A stretch of 64,000 nt of DNA from an uncultured Candidatus Saccharibacteria bacterium (lineage in GTDB: Bacteria; Patescibacteriota; Minisyncoccia; Minisyncoccales; UBA5738): the NCBI GenBank assembly GCA_964603475.1, contig CAZRVG010000001.1, positions 63,988 to 127,987 of the forward strand, read 5' to 3'. A program made the translations under genes and the position numbers. This document shows positions 55,025 through 64,000 of this stretch, one piece after another (position 1 is the stretch's first letter; the number at the start of each line of letters is the position of its first letter). The notes under the pieces were generated by a model. It was not told where the DNA came from, searched no databases, and worked only from the letters and a program-made list of their open reading frames with translations.

Positions 55025-56059
55025 TTACAAATCCAAAAAGAAGTTTTCAATGGCCAGGCGCGGATGGGCGTTGGTGGCGCGCAACATCAAATCCAGTTCC
55101 TGGATTTTTTTTAATATCGCCGCGATTTTTTCCGGTTCTTGCCCGACCTCCTTTTCTTTTAATTTTGAAAAAACAAAATGTTCTTTGCCTGAATTGCGCG
55201 GGTCTGACCCGCGCTGATCTTGCGCGAGTCTGACCCGCGCTGAATCATCTTTATTTTCCAAAGATTGCAAAAGGCGATTGCGAAAATGGTATTGCCAAAT
55301 TTCAATGAGTTCGCGCAAACTTATCGGTTGCGCTTTTTCTTTTTCATTGTCGGTGATTTTTTTGGCATAGGCGAATTTTTCCGCCAAATCACCGTCAATA
55401 ATTTTGGCGAATTCTTTTGCCGCCGATTGCCATTCACGCGACAAATTCGGATTTTGCAAAAAGTCAGCCAAGCGGCCGGGGCGGCCGAACGACAACTCCG
55501 CAAGTTCTTTGATTTGCTCCGCGCCGATTTTCAATCCCCGATCGGCGGCATATCCAATGCCGAAATTTTGCAAATCCTCGACCGCGACAAAGCCGAATTT
55601 TATCACCTGCGCGCGCGAACGCACGGTTTCCAGCAGGCGCGCTTCATTTTCGGCGATCAAAATTATAACAATTTTTCCGGGAGGCTCTTCCAAGGTTTTT
55701 AACAAGCAATTTTGCGCCTCGCTGTTCATTAAATGGGCGCCGTCAACAATCGCGGCCTTATAGCCGCCGGCCGAAGCCGTGAGCGAAAGCTTGCCGATCG
55801 CCTCGCGAATTTGCCCCACAGTAATCTCTTTGGCAATCTTTTGGGTTTTTTCGTCAACAAGCGGCGCCAAAAACAAAAAATCCGGATGCGCGGTGCCGGG
55901 CTTTAAATCAACATTAAAAATGGATGAAAGCCATTTTAAAGCAAGCGTTTTTTTGCCGACTTTGTCCGGACCGGAAAAAATGTGGGCATGCGCCATTTTT
56001 CCGGAATCAAACGCCCCCCGCAAAGATTCAAATTGTTTTTGATGACCCACAAGTGCCAT
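55025..56059 (-). CDS. holB: DNA polymerase III delta-prime subunit (clamp-loader AAA+)
   Basis: HAHIFSGPDKVGKKTLA Walker A-like, SRAQ/SRC-like motif VRSRAQVI; start set at MALVGHQ. Confidence 0.75.
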   Translation of the reverse strand: MALVGHQKQFESLRGAFDSGKMAHAHIFSGPDKVGKKTLALKWLSSIFNVDLKPGTAHPDFLFLAPLVDEKTQKIAKEITVGQIREAIGKLSLTASAGGYKAAIVDGAHLMNSEAQNCLLKTLEEPPGKIVIILIAENEARLLETVRSRAQVIKFGFVAVEDLQNFGIGYAADRGLKIGAEQIKELAELSFGRPGRLADFLQNPNLSREWQSAAKEFAKIIDGDLAEKFAYAKKITDNEKEKAQPISLRELIEIWQYHFRNRLLQSLENKDDSARVRLAQDQRGSDPRNSGKEHFVFSKLKEKEVGQEPEKIAAILKKIQELDLMLRATNAHPRLAIENFFLDL

Positions 56060-56099
56060 TTTGCTGAAGCAAAATAAATTTTCCAATTTCCAATTTCCA

Positions 56100-56215
56100 A
56101 TTTCCAATAAATTATCAATTAATCAATTAGCCAAACAAAAACACTGAATTCCGTTTGGGAATTGTTGCATTGAAAATTCAATGAAAACTGAAAACTGAAA
56201 ACTGAAAACTCTATT
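56100..56215. promoter_or_regulatory. Family 2 intergenic element upstream of holB, with (GAAAACT)x4 and (GGAAATT)x4
   Basis: cattgaaaattcaatgaaaactgaaaactgaaaactgaaaact; ttccaatttccaatttccaat. Confidence 0.6.
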
Positions 56216-57209
56216 TTTTGGTCATTATTGATTTTTTATAGAAGTCCAGATTTTCCAAGACCGCGCCCGTGCCTTTTGCCACGCACAAAAGCGCGTTGTC
56301 CGCCAAGGCGCACGGCACTCCGATTGAACTGCTGATCATTTCCGAAAGATTGGCAAGCATGCCGGATCCGCCGGCCAAAACCATTCCCTTGTCCATAATA
56401 TCCGCGGAGAGTTCGGGCGGAGTTTCGCGCAAAACCGCTTTTATCGTTTGATTGATCTCGGCAAGAACATCTTGCAGCGATTCGCTCACTTCGTTGGAAT
56501 TGATTTTAATATTGCGCGGCAAACCGCTAATCAAGTCCCGCCCGCGGATTTGCAGTGTTTTGGGGTCTTTTTCCGGAATCGCGGTGCCGATATTGATCTT
56601 TATATCTTCGGTGGTTTGATCGCCGATCGCCAAATTATGCTTGCGCTTGATATAGTCGGCAATCGCCGCGTCCATTTTGTCGCCCGCGGCGCGCAATGAC
56701 TGGAAATTAACAATTCCTCCCAAGGAAATCACCGCCACTTCGGTGGTGCCGCCGCCGATATCAACAATCATATTCCCCGAACAAGAATGAATGGGAATTC
56801 CCGCGCCAATCGCCGAGAGAATCGGCTCCTTGCACAAATAAACCGCCTTGGCACCGGCGTTCATCCCCGCCTCAATCACCGCGCGCCGCTCCGTGGAAGT
56901 TATTCCCGCCGGCACGCTGATCACCAATTCTGGTTTGAAAAAATTGAATTTCCCCGCCACTTGATTGATAAAATAGCGAATCATTGCTTGAGTCACAACA
57001 AAATCGGCGATCACGCCGTCTTTCATCGGTCGATAAACACGGATGGTATCAGGGGTGCGCCCGATCATTTCGTTGGCTTCTTTTCCCACGGCCAAAATTT
57101 TGTTCTCGTCCAAATCAACCGCCACCACCGACGGCTCCTGCAGAACCACTCCCTTTTTGGGAACAAACACCAACGAGTTTCTTGTTCCAAGATCAATGCC
57201 CAGCTTCAT
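56211..57209 (-). CDS. Second MreB/Mbl-like actin homologue
   Basis: GIDLGTRNS, DIGGGTTE, same fold motifs as mreB. Confidence 0.8.
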   Translation of the reverse strand: MKLGIDLGTRNSLVFVPKKGVVLQEPSVVAVDLDENKILAVGKEANEMIGRTPDTIRVYRPMKDGVIADFVVTQAMIRYFINQVAGKFNFFKPELVISVPAGITSTERRAVIEAGMNAGAKAVYLCKEPILSAIGAGIPIHSCSGNMIVDIGGGTTEVAVISLGGIVNFQSLRAAGDKMDAAIADYIKRKHNLAIGDQTTEDIKINIGTAIPEKDPKTLQIRGRDLISGLPRNIKINSNEVSESLQDVLAEINQTIKAVLRETPPELSADIMDKGMVLAGGSGMLANLSEMISSSIGVPCALADNALLCVAKGTGAVLENLDFYKKSIMTKK

Positions 57210-57303
57210 AAAAGTGTAAAACTTAAAGCGTAAAACAAAAACACAAATTCAAGTTCACATTCTCGTTTTACATTTTTCGCTTTTCATTTTAAGTTCCTTT
57301 ACC

Positions 57304-58503
57304 CTATCTCATTTCTCCGTTTTTGGCAATTGAAACGATAAAATACGCCGCCAACATCATCGCTCCGGTAATCAGCAACAGCCACTGATAATTTAAATAT
57401 TCAATAATATAACCGCCAAGCATTGCCGATATGGCAATCCCCAGAGGAGCAAAAATCGTGTCCAGCGCCGCGCCTTCCGCCGGACGACTTTTCAATTCTT
57501 TGGCCAAAAGCGCGGATCGGCCGGTGTTGGCAAAAAACCCGCCCACACTGCGGGCAAGCTCAAGAAAAAAGGCGCCGACATACGACAACACGGGTAAAAA
57601 TACCGCAAATATTATCGTTGACGCGCCGGCAACTTGCGCGCCGCGCAAAATTCCCGCTTCAGGATGGCCGTTCTGCCGCCGGCGCAAAACGAAAAAATAC
57701 AATATTGAAAACGCCGCCGCCATAATCGCGGTGAAGTGCAAAACTTGCGCTTGCGACAATCCAATATCGTCGCGCAAAAATAGCACAAAGAAAGGATGCA
57801 GAGCGTTGGCCGCCAAAAGCACAATAAAAGAAAGCGCAATATAGCCCGCCGCGGATCTGGGAAACGCCAATTTGAACGCCTTTTCCCACCCGTTTTTGAA
57901 ATGCCCCCAGGTTAAATGGCCGTGTTTCATATGCCACGAATTGGTGATCATCCCCGCCGAAACCAGTGCCGCCCAAACGCATATTGCCGCGCTTGTCATA
58001 AACGCCGCTTCAAAGCCAAACCGCCAAACAATAATCGCGCCTGCGGCGGGGGCCAAGGCTGCCGACCAAAAACTGGCGTTGTAAAACCACGAAAAATCAT
58101 GTTCAACATCGCCGTCGGAGTCGGCAATCAGCAAAGCGCGCGACGCGGTGAAAAAAAACGCCGCCGAGATTCCCAGCACAATTTGCCACAAGTATGCCAT
58201 CGCGGCGCCGCCCCAAAAAGCCATTCCCAGCGCATAGGCCGCGTAGCCCGAACAAGCGGCCGCGGCCATAATCGCCGGGTGGATCACGCGCGACAAAAAG
58301 CCGGCCAAAGGCGCGGCCAGCGCCATGGGAAAATAGATCCAAAAATAAACTTTGCCGATTTGCGTCAAAGAAAGCCCGGCAGCGGCCAAAAACAGCGGAT
58401 AATAAAGCGAAAATATCTTATACCCGAACATCAGCGAAAAATGCGCCAGCGCCGCCTCCCGCGCGATATGATTGCAATGATTATTATTTTCAACGCCCAT
58501 CAA
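57304..58503 (-). CDS. Major facilitator superfamily transporter
   Basis: 12 predicted TM helices, MFS loop motifs. Confidence 0.75.
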   Translation of the reverse strand: MMGVENNNHCNHIAREAALAHFSLMFGYKIFSLYYPLFLAAAGLSLTQIGKVYFWIYFPMALAAPLAGFLSRVIHPAIMAAAACSGYAAYALGMAFWGGAAMAYLWQIVLGISAAFFFTASRALLIADSDGDVEHDFSWFYNASFWSAALAPAAGAIIVWRFGFEAAFMTSAAICVWAALVSAGMITNSWHMKHGHLTWGHFKNGWEKAFKLAFPRSAAGYIALSFIVLLAANALHPFFVLFLRDDIGLSQAQVLHFTAIMAAAFSILYFFVLRRRQNGHPEAGILRGAQVAGASTIIFAVFLPVLSYVGAFFLELARSVGGFFANTGRSALLAKELKSRPAEGAALDTIFAPLGIAISAMLGGYIIEYLNYQWLLLITGAMMLAAYFIVSIAKNGEMR

Positions 58504-58918
58504 GATATTTCATTATATAATCGCAGTATAATTTGTATTGCCCAATTGCCTGCCCCACGGTTTTATAGACCGCGCTTTTATCCAAATTGTTGTATTCGTG
58601 AACAATCGCGTTGCGAAATCCGGCGCTTTTGGCAACTTCGCGCGCGAATTCCGGCGGCAAAACACCGATTTGCTCCATTGCCAAAAAGGTGGTTCTGTAA
58701 GTTATCGGAACATCCAAATTTTTTCCCGAAGCGTTGATTAGGTGCTCATTAATGTCAATCGCCCGGCCGATAGTTTCCATCAAAATGTTTTTTAGCGCCG
58801 AATATTTGATATAATCGCCGGCAACCTCGGCAAATGTCATATTCTCAAAGCTTTTTAATTGCTCCAATCCCTGGCTTATCAATTTTATTTTTTCAACGAC
58901 AAAATTTTTGTTGATCAT
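58490..58918 (-). CDS. hepT: HepT-like HEPN-domain toxin (DUF86)
   Basis: Rx4-6H motif RNAIVHEY; adjacent minimal nucleotidyltransferase. Confidence 0.7.
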   Translation of the reverse strand: MINKNFVVEKIKLISQGLEQLKSFENMTFAEVAGDYIKYSALKNILMETIGRAIDINEHLINASGKNLDVPITYRTTFLAMEQIGVLPPEFAREVAKSAGFRNAIVHEYNNLDKSAVYKTVGQAIGQYKLYCDYIMKYLDGR

Positions 58919-58928
58919 AATTCTTTGA

Positions 58929-59339
58929 TTACAAATTTTTGATTTGTTTTTTCACCATTTTTTCTTTCAAGTCAAACAAGCTCTTGCTGTCAACATAATC
59001 GCGAAACGCGTATGCCCGAAATTTGACAAAATCAAGCTCATCGCCATAAAGCAAAATCCCCCGCTCCATCACCTCCCAGCGAAAAAGCGGATTGGTTTTG
59101 TGCAGCGACTTAACATCAACCTCGTTGATCTTCAGCAAGTCCATAAATTCGTTGATAATATCGGTGATTTGGCCCAAATCCAAAGCCTTTTCGCCCAAAA
59201 CCGCGATATCAACATCGCTATTCTTTTTCGCCATCCCCTTGGCATGCGACCCGTAAAGCACCATCAGCCGCAAACTGTGCCTTGCGCCGACTTCCCGCGC
59301 CGCGATTTTTATTTTTTCAATAAATTCTCCCTTTTTCAT
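58929..59339 (-). CDS. mntA: MntA-like minimal nucleotidyltransferase antitoxin
   Basis: GSHAKG...DVDIAV NTase signature. Confidence 0.7.
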   Translation of the reverse strand: MKKGEFIEKIKIAAREVGARHSLRLMVLYGSHAKGMAKKNSDVDIAVLGEKALDLGQITDIINEFMDLLKINEVDVKSLHKTNPLFRWEVMERGILLYGDELDFVKFRAYAFRDYVDSKSLFDLKEKMVKKQIKNL

Positions 59340-59581
59340 AATTCCTTTACATGAATTGCATATGGCTTGCGCATAACTTGATTATACCAAACCCAAACAA
59401 AAAAACCACCTCCCACCGGCGGAATGTTTGCGTTCTTGAGGTCGTTGCTTGCCGATTATCCCGAGTTTTTGCGAGCGATAACAAAATTCTCACATTTTTT
59501 GCGACCGCAAAAAATGTAAGATTTCAATAAAAAAGAAGCACCTTCATCCAATCTCCCAAAAAAAGAAATGAATGAAAGCAC

Positions 59582-59896
59582 CTAACATGAGGATGACTTT
59601 TTGAGCCTATCCTCTATATCCCTTAACATTGACAAGAGATGGCACCTATCCATAAGATTGATTCCATCTAGGATAGATTTTTTGAATATATTCGCCAACA
59701 ATATGGCGATTTGGTCAATAATTACCTCATGAAACCGCCATGCCTTATATGTTTCACCCCTTTCAAGATGCCCAAACATCTCAGTCGCTACAATTTCTAT
59801 CGAACTTGTGTCCAAATGAAATCCTCCTAAATTAGGATAAACACATTTTGCAGGTTTTGTCAAATTTATTTTTGGCAATTTATTTTTGGCAATCAT
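59582..59896 (-). CDS. Hypothetical small protein (true start probably TTG near 59815 after an AGGAGG; ORF-track N-terminus is a translation artefact of the leader element)
   Basis: coding-like region ...VATEMFGHLERGETYKAWRFHEVIIDQ...; TTGACAaaacct -35-like box upstream. Confidence 0.3.
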   Translation of the reverse strand: MIAKNKLPKINLTKPAKCVYPNLGGFHLDTSSIEIVATEMFGHLERGETYKAWRFHEVIIDQIAILLANIFKKSILDGINLMDRCHLLSMLRDIEDRLKKSSSC

Positions 59897-59922
59897 ACAC
59901 TGGGGATATAAATAAAAGTTGG

Positions 59923-59988
59923 TCAAGGTGGCACCTTGCCGATTATCCCTCGGACATAATCGGGACAAGCCTTCAAGGAACGACCTTT
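59923..59988 (+). promoter_or_regulatory. Conserved 65-nt three-hairpin leader element, copy 2, at the predicted 5' end of the PEGA-gene transcript
   Basis: tcaaggtggcaccttg-ccgattatccctcggacataatcggg-acaagccttcaaggaacgaccttt; TTGGCA, 16 nt, ATAAAT promoter-like boxes end about 8 nt upstream. Confidence 0.5.
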
Positions 59989-60081
59989 GAATTTCAAATC
60001 CCTCCTTTTCGTTTCACTCAAAGTGCTCCCTTTTCCAAAGGGAGAATCAATGCCGGCTTGGATGGTTGAAAAAATGGGGCG

Positions 60082-61437
60082 ATGGGATATGATGGATTTA
60101 TGAGCAAGGGGTTTAGGACATTTTTGTTCGCGTTTTTTTTGCTGTTGTTTGCCGCAGCCGCGCCGGCGATAGTGTTTTACGCGCAGGGATATCGGCTGGA
60201 CTGGCCGCCCGAATCGGGCAAAAAGCTAATTGTTAAAACCGGCGGGATTTTTGTTAAAGCTCATCCCAAGCAAACCGACATTTACATTAACGGCAAATTA
60301 AAAAAGAAAACCGACTTTTTCTTCAACTCGGCATTGGTGGAAAATCTTTTGCCCCGTCAATATCAAGTGGAAATTAAAAAATCCGGCTACCATGCCTGGT
60401 CAAAAACTCTGGAAGTCAAAGAAAAAGAAGTGGTTGAGGCTTCAAATATATTTCTCTTTCCCCAAAATTCAAAATTCTCATTAATTGAACAAAATATCAG
60501 CGGCATTTTGCCCTCGTCGAACGGAAAAGAAATTATTTTGCGCCAGCCCGGCGATGCCGGATGGAACATTAAAATGTATGATGTCGGCCAAGAAGTTATG
60601 GTCAAACTGGCCGAGCCAAAAAATTTTTCCGCCAAAGATCCAACATTTAAAGAATGGGCTTGGGCAAAAAACGAAGTTTTGGAAATCACCGTTGGCACAG
60701 AAACCGGCGGCGATATTGTTTACCAAATTGAAACCGGCAAAATCCCGGCGCAAATTACGACAAAAAAAACCGAGGCGGAAAATGCCGCGGCAAACAATGG
60801 CAACGGCCAAACCTCGTCCCCAAGACTTGCCGAGCAATCTATGGGCCAAGCAACATATTATTTGGCCGAAGACGGATTCGTTTATAAACAAGATTTGCTG
60901 CAAACAACAAAAATCGCGAACGCGCCGCTTGATATAATCCCCGAGGTAAACTATGATTTGTGGATTTTTGACGGCAATTGCTTTGTTGCCGCCGATTCAG
61001 AATTGTTTTTCTTTAACGAAAAAACCGAATCTTGGGAAAAGCTGGTTTTGCAAATCTCTTCAACCCCCGAAATTTCGCCCGACGGCAAAAAAATCGCCTA
61101 TTGTTCAAATTCCGAAATCTGGACTTTGTTTTTGAAAGACAACGCCAACGCGCCAAAAGCGGTTTTTGGCGATAAAATTTTTATCGCGAGATTTTCCGAA
61201 AACGTGGCCGATTGCCAATGGTTCAACAATGATTATTTAATCTTCACCGCCGGCGACAAAATCAAAACCGCCGAGATCGACAACCGCGGCAAAATCAACA
61301 TTGCCGACATTGCCGAAATTTCAAAAATAACCGGACAAGATCAAAACGGCAAAACGCGAATGCTTTTTGATTCCAACAAAAAAACAATCTATCTTTTCGC
61401 CAATAACACCCTCTACAAATCCGAACCCGTGGAATAG
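60082..61437 (+). CDS. PEGA domain plus TolB-like beta-propeller protein (secreted/membrane-anchored)
   Basis: N-terminal TM; PEGA-like IFVKAHPKQTDIYINGKLKKKT...LPRQYQVEIKKSGYHAW; C-terminal SPDGKKIAY-type propeller blades. Confidence 0.6.
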   Translation: MGYDGFMSKGFRTFLFAFFLLLFAAAAPAIVFYAQGYRLDWPPESGKKLIVKTGGIFVKAHPKQTDIYINGKLKKKTDFFFNSALVENLLPRQYQVEIKKSGYHAWSKTLEVKEKEVVEASNIFLFPQNSKFSLIEQNISGILPSSNGKEIILRQPGDAGWNIKMYDVGQEVMVKLAEPKNFSAKDPTFKEWAWAKNEVLEITVGTETGGDIVYQIETGKIPAQITTKKTEAENAAANNGNGQTSSPRLAEQSMGQATYYLAEDGFVYKQDLLQTTKIANAPLDIIPEVNYDLWIFDGNCFVAADSELFFFNEKTESWEKLVLQISSTPEISPDGKKIAYCSNSEIWTLFLKDNANAPKAVFGDKIFIARFSENVADCQWFNNDYLIFTAGDKIKTAEIDNRGKINIADIAEISKITGQDQNGKTRMLFDSNKKTIYLFANNTLYKSEPVE

Positions 61438-61488
61438 AAAATCATATAATCATATAATCATTGAAGCATATAATCATTGGAATGAAAA

Positions 61489-61512
61489 AAAACGGGACTC
61501 CCCCGTTTTTTT
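61489..61512. terminator. Hairpin terminator after the PEGA gene
   Basis: A8-acggg-actcc-cccgt-T7. Confidence 0.55.
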
Positions 61513-61609
61513 CATTTCAAAATTTATTCTGCCATTCGCGTAAAATACACCAACAAAAATCTGGTGAGGTTTGACCTCACCAGATTTCACTTGTGCTTTA
61601 TTCCAAACG

Positions 61610-61721
61610 CTTGGATTGAAGCGCGGCGCGCGGAATCCGAGCGGATCCCCGAGGAAAGATTTATCCTCCGTAGCTTTACGCGAAGGAGGGGTTTGGCACC
61701 GCTCCCCAATCCAAACATCCC
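61610..61721. repeat. 112-bp direct repeat, copy 1 (flanks the hicBA cassette)
   Basis: cttggattgaagcgcggcgcgcggaatccgagcggatccccgaggaaagatttatcctccgtagctttacgcgaaggaggggtttggcaccgctccccaatccaaacatccc identical at 62362-62473. Confidence 0.9.
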
Positions 61722-61791
61722 TTTGATTTTTATATTTTGTTTCATTTGACTTGGTTGTTTGCTTTTGATAGCATGACCTTATCCACTTAAT

Positions 61792-62019
61792 ATGAAAAAC
61801 ATCATTCAATTTCATATCCACAAGGGCGAAAAATACTATGTGGCGCAAGGCGTTGATTTTCCAGTTGTCACTCAAGCTAAAACCCTGGACGAGCTGGCCA
61901 AAAATATTAAAGAGGCCGTGGAGCTGCATTTGGAAGATCAAGATTTGTCCGAACTTGACCTTGCCCCCAATCCGTCAATCCTGCTCAATATGGAATTGGG
62001 CAACGCCGTTTATGCCTAA
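61792..62019 (+). CDS. hicB: HicB family antitoxin (UPF0150)
   Basis: FHIHKGEKYYVAQGVDFPVVTQAKTLDELAKNIKEAVELHLE. Confidence 0.7.
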   Translation: MKNIIQFHIHKGEKYYVAQGVDFPVVTQAKTLDELAKNIKEAVELHLEDQDLSELDLAPNPSILLNMELGNAVYA

Positions 62020-62254
62020 ACTGAAAATCATCTCCGGCAAAGAACTCGTCAAAATTCTTGGCGATTTTGGTTTTGCTATTGCCGGACGCAAAGGAAGCCA
62101 CATTAAATTAAGACGAATTACTGCCGATTCGCGGCAAACGCTCACCATACCCGACCATCAAGAATTGGATAAAGGAACATTAAAAGCGATTTTCAATCAA
62201 GCCGCCAGATATATCCCCGATAACGAACTGCGTAAATATTTTTATTCCGAATAA
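62012..62254 (+). CDS. hicA: HicA family mRNA-interferase toxin
   Basis: GKELVKILGDFGFAIAGRKGSHIKLRR...TIPDHQELDKGTLKAIFNQA; 8-nt overlap with hicB; start is an internal Met of the listed 138-aa ORF. Confidence 0.7.
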   Translation: MPKLKIISGKELVKILGDFGFAIAGRKGSHIKLRRITADSRQTLTIPDHQELDKGTLKAIFNQAARYIPDNELRKYFYSE

Positions 62255-62263
62255 CACCACAAA

Positions 62264-62300
62264 AAACGGGGTACAGATTAAATCTGCACCCCGTTTTTTT
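62264..62300 (+). terminator. Intrinsic terminator after hicA
   Basis: acggggtacagat-taa-atctgcaccccgt then T7. Confidence 0.65.
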
Positions 62301-62361
62301 CATTTCAAAATTAATTCACCATCTATTCACTAATTCGCGCGAATAGGCCTGTAGCAAGAAA

Positions 62362-62473
62362 CTTGGATTGAAGCGCGGCGCGCGGAATCCGAGCGGATCC
62401 CCGAGGAAAGATTTATCCTCCGTAGCTTTACGCGAAGGAGGGGTTTGGCACCGCTCCCCAATCCAAACATCCC
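62362..62473. repeat. 112-bp direct repeat, copy 2
   Basis: identical to 61610-61721. Confidence 0.9.
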
Positions 62474-62871
62474 AACCGATTTTCGCGTTGAAATTTGGAA
62501 GGTCTGTCCTCGGCGTAATCGCCGAGGTCTGCCCTTGCCAAATTTCGCATTTCAACCGCCGGCTATAAAACACTTTGCGCGATTTGCATTTTACCCCCCT
62601 CACAATCACAAACAAACAAAAATCCATTCCACCTTTCGCACGAAACATCCCATCCCCGCGTTTCAAAAAATACCTCCCCTGCCAAATTCATCCAAAGCAT
62701 AATTTGGCTTTATTATCGCGCTTTGCCGTGTCAAAATTCTGCTGCCAGATCCTCTGATTCAAGTCACAATCTTTCAATTATGATCTGAATAAAGAATGGA
62801 AGTTTTTAAAAAATGAGATGCTTCCGAAACTCTTAACCCTTCCGCGCGAAACCACTCGCACAGATTAAAAC

Positions 62872-63138
62872 TTATTCCACCGGTGATTCATATGAAAAAA
62901 CCTTTTCAAAAAAATTGCGGGCAGATTGCCTGACCTCATTTTCAAAAGATGGTTTTGATTCTTGATTTTCAGCCAAAACCAACTGGCTAATCGCCGTTTC
63001 TTTATTTTCGCCCCCTTCCGATTCCGTCCAGCCGTTATTTTCAAAATTTTCTGACATATATTTATCGTAATACTGTTTTGATATTACTTTATTCCACCAT
63101 TTTTTGACCCAAAAATCAATCTTGGCCATAAAACACAA
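62872..63138 (-). CDS. Hypothetical acidic small protein
   Basis: 88-aa ORF, weak support. Confidence 0.25.
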   Translation of the reverse strand: MCFMAKIDFWVKKWWNKVISKQYYDKYMSENFENNGWTESEGGENKETAISQLVLAENQESKPSFENEVRQSARNFFEKVFSYESPVE

Positions 63139-63218
63139 AAGCCGCCCCGAACGGGACGGCGGTATTATTCTATCAACTATTGACTATAAACTATCAACTA
63201 ACATTAATCGCAAAGCGA

Positions 63219-63818
63219 TTAACGTTTGGCCCATTGGGGGGCTCGGCGGGCTTTTTTGAGGCCGGGTTTTTTGCGTTCTTTCATTCGGGGATCGCGGGTT
63301 AAATATGCGGATTTTTTCAAGCGTTTTTTGAAATCGGCGTTAAAAAGCACCAGGGCGCGGGCAATGCCGTGGCGCAACGCCTCGGCTTGCGAATTGCTGC
63401 CCCCTCCGGAAACTCTCGCGGTCACGCGAAAACGGTCGGTGCAATTCATTTTAACCAGCGGCGCTTCAACGATTTCTTTGAAATCTTCGTTTTTGAAATA
63501 ATCGCCGAATTCTTTTTCATTGACCAAAAAAACCTTGTCGCCTTTGGTATAAAGGCGCACGCGCGCCACCGCGGTTTTGCGCCGCCCCACGGCTTCATAA
63601 TATTTGTCGGGCTTTTTCTTCGGAGCGGATTCGACTTGAGCGGGCTTGGCCGCCGGCTTGGCCGCGGTTTTCGCTTTTGCCGCCGGAGCTTTTTTTGCCG
63701 TCGCCGGCTTTTTTGCTACTGCCGGCTTGGCCGCGGCGGTTTTTTTAACCGCCGGCTTGGCTGCCTCCTTTTTTTCTTTTATTTCTTTTTTTTCTTCTTT
63801 GATTTCTGCCATATTCAT
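63219..63818 (-). CDS. rpsI: 30S ribosomal protein S9 with a 70-aa Lys/Ala/Pro-rich N-terminal extension
   Basis: GRRKTAVARV...GGG.SQAEALRHGIARAL...LTRDPRMKERKKPGLKKARRAPQWAKR. Confidence 0.85.
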   Translation of the reverse strand: MNMAEIKEEKKEIKEKKEAAKPAVKKTAAAKPAVAKKPATAKKAPAAKAKTAAKPAAKPAQVESAPKKKPDKYYEAVGRRKTAVARVRLYTKGDKVFLVNEKEFGDYFKNEDFKEIVEAPLVKMNCTDRFRVTARVSGGGSNSQAEALRHGIARALVLFNADFKKRLKKSAYLTRDPRMKERKKPGLKKARRAPQWAKR

Positions 63819-63847
63819 TAAAATTACAAAATTCTAATTTAAGATTT

Positions 63848-64000
63848 TTATTGGCACACTTTGAGCCGCTTGATCATTTTGTCGCGCAATTTATTGCTGG
63901 GAAGCATGCGGTAAACCGCGCGGCGCAAAACCTCATCAGGTCTTTCATCCATTAATCTTGCCATCGTTTTTTCCCTCAATCCGCCCATATAGCCGCTGTA
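63848..64000 (-). CDS. rplM: 50S ribosomal protein L13, C-terminal part (gene continues beyond window)
   Basis: ...AVYRMLPSNKLRDKMIKRLKVCQ stop; classical rplM-rpsI order. Confidence 0.7.
   Translation of the reverse strand, partial: YSGYMGGLREKTMARLMDERPDEVLRRAVYRMLPSNKLRDKMIKRLKVCQ

Noticed and set aside
59897-59968. N-terminal 24 aa (MSRLCPRDNRQGATLTNF...) of ORF 59582-59968
   Set aside because: This is a translation of the conserved structured leader element. The same pseudo-peptide appears at the other copy, inside ORF 49036-49491.
61474-62666. ORFs 61474-61941 and 62316-62666 sharing the peptide DVWIGERCQTPPSRKATEDKSFLGDPLGFRAPRFNPS
   Set aside because: The shared peptide is simply the translation of the 112-bp DNA direct repeat. 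Sequences outside the repeat are unrelated and have poor coding character.

Overview
The window looks like a gene-dense, AT-rich stretch of a reduced bacterial genome. Short genes, abundant type IV pilus genes, many toxin-antitoxin pairs and minimal metabolism point to a Patescibacteria/CPR-like organism, but this is an inference, not a measurement. Almost all genes are on the minus strand.

Recognisable housekeeping content:
- A GAF-ANTAR regulator next to glnA, separated by a terminator/attenuator.
- A myo-inositol-1-phosphate synthase plus CDP-alcohol phosphatidyltransferase pair (inositol-phospholipid module).
- efp, a DEAD-box helicase, and the dcw cluster mraZ-rsmH-ftsL-ftsI.
- prmC and an archaeal-type UMP kinase.
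- A complete heat-shock locus hrcA-grpE-DUF3467-hsp20-dnaK-dnaJ.
- A type IV pilus operon: pilB, pilC, several pseudopilins, a PilY-like beta-propeller pilin, and the major pilin.
- gatCA, two mreB paralogues, proS, rseP, frr, holB, an MFS transporter, rpsI and partial rplM.
- Five tRNAs: Glu-CTC, Lys-TTT, Asp-GTC and two with anticodon CAT.

Accessory content:
- A type I restriction-modification island beside tRNA-Glu (hsdR, an unknown 207-aa gene, hsdS, DUF3800, and an N-terminally truncated hsdM).
- TA modules: DUF4258/DUF2283, HepT/MntA, HicAB, and an orphan HicB.
- A GHKL-ATPase/STAS-like partner-switching pair.
- A GIY-YIG gene next to tRNA-Lys.
- A cassette-like block: thioredoxin-CcdA-like membrane protein, a 714-aa cysteine-repeat peptidoglycan-binding surface protein, a 377-aa unknown protein, and TspO. 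These are punctuated by a family of MITE-like inverted-repeat elements.

The most unusual signals are repeat and RNA candidates rather than single genes:
- An intergenic palindrome plus GAAAACT heptamer element family in front of more than 10 genes. It includes the entire HrcA regulon, where I found no CIRCE.
- Several terminal-inverted-repeat elements.
- A conserved 65-nt three-hairpin leader abutting the starts of gatC and a PEGA-domain gene.
- A tripled ATGTATATACAT palindrome pair.
- A G-quadruplex-prone tract behind hsdR.
- A candidate RNase P RNA.

All calls rest on reading the translated ORFs and the DNA by eye. No database search was run.
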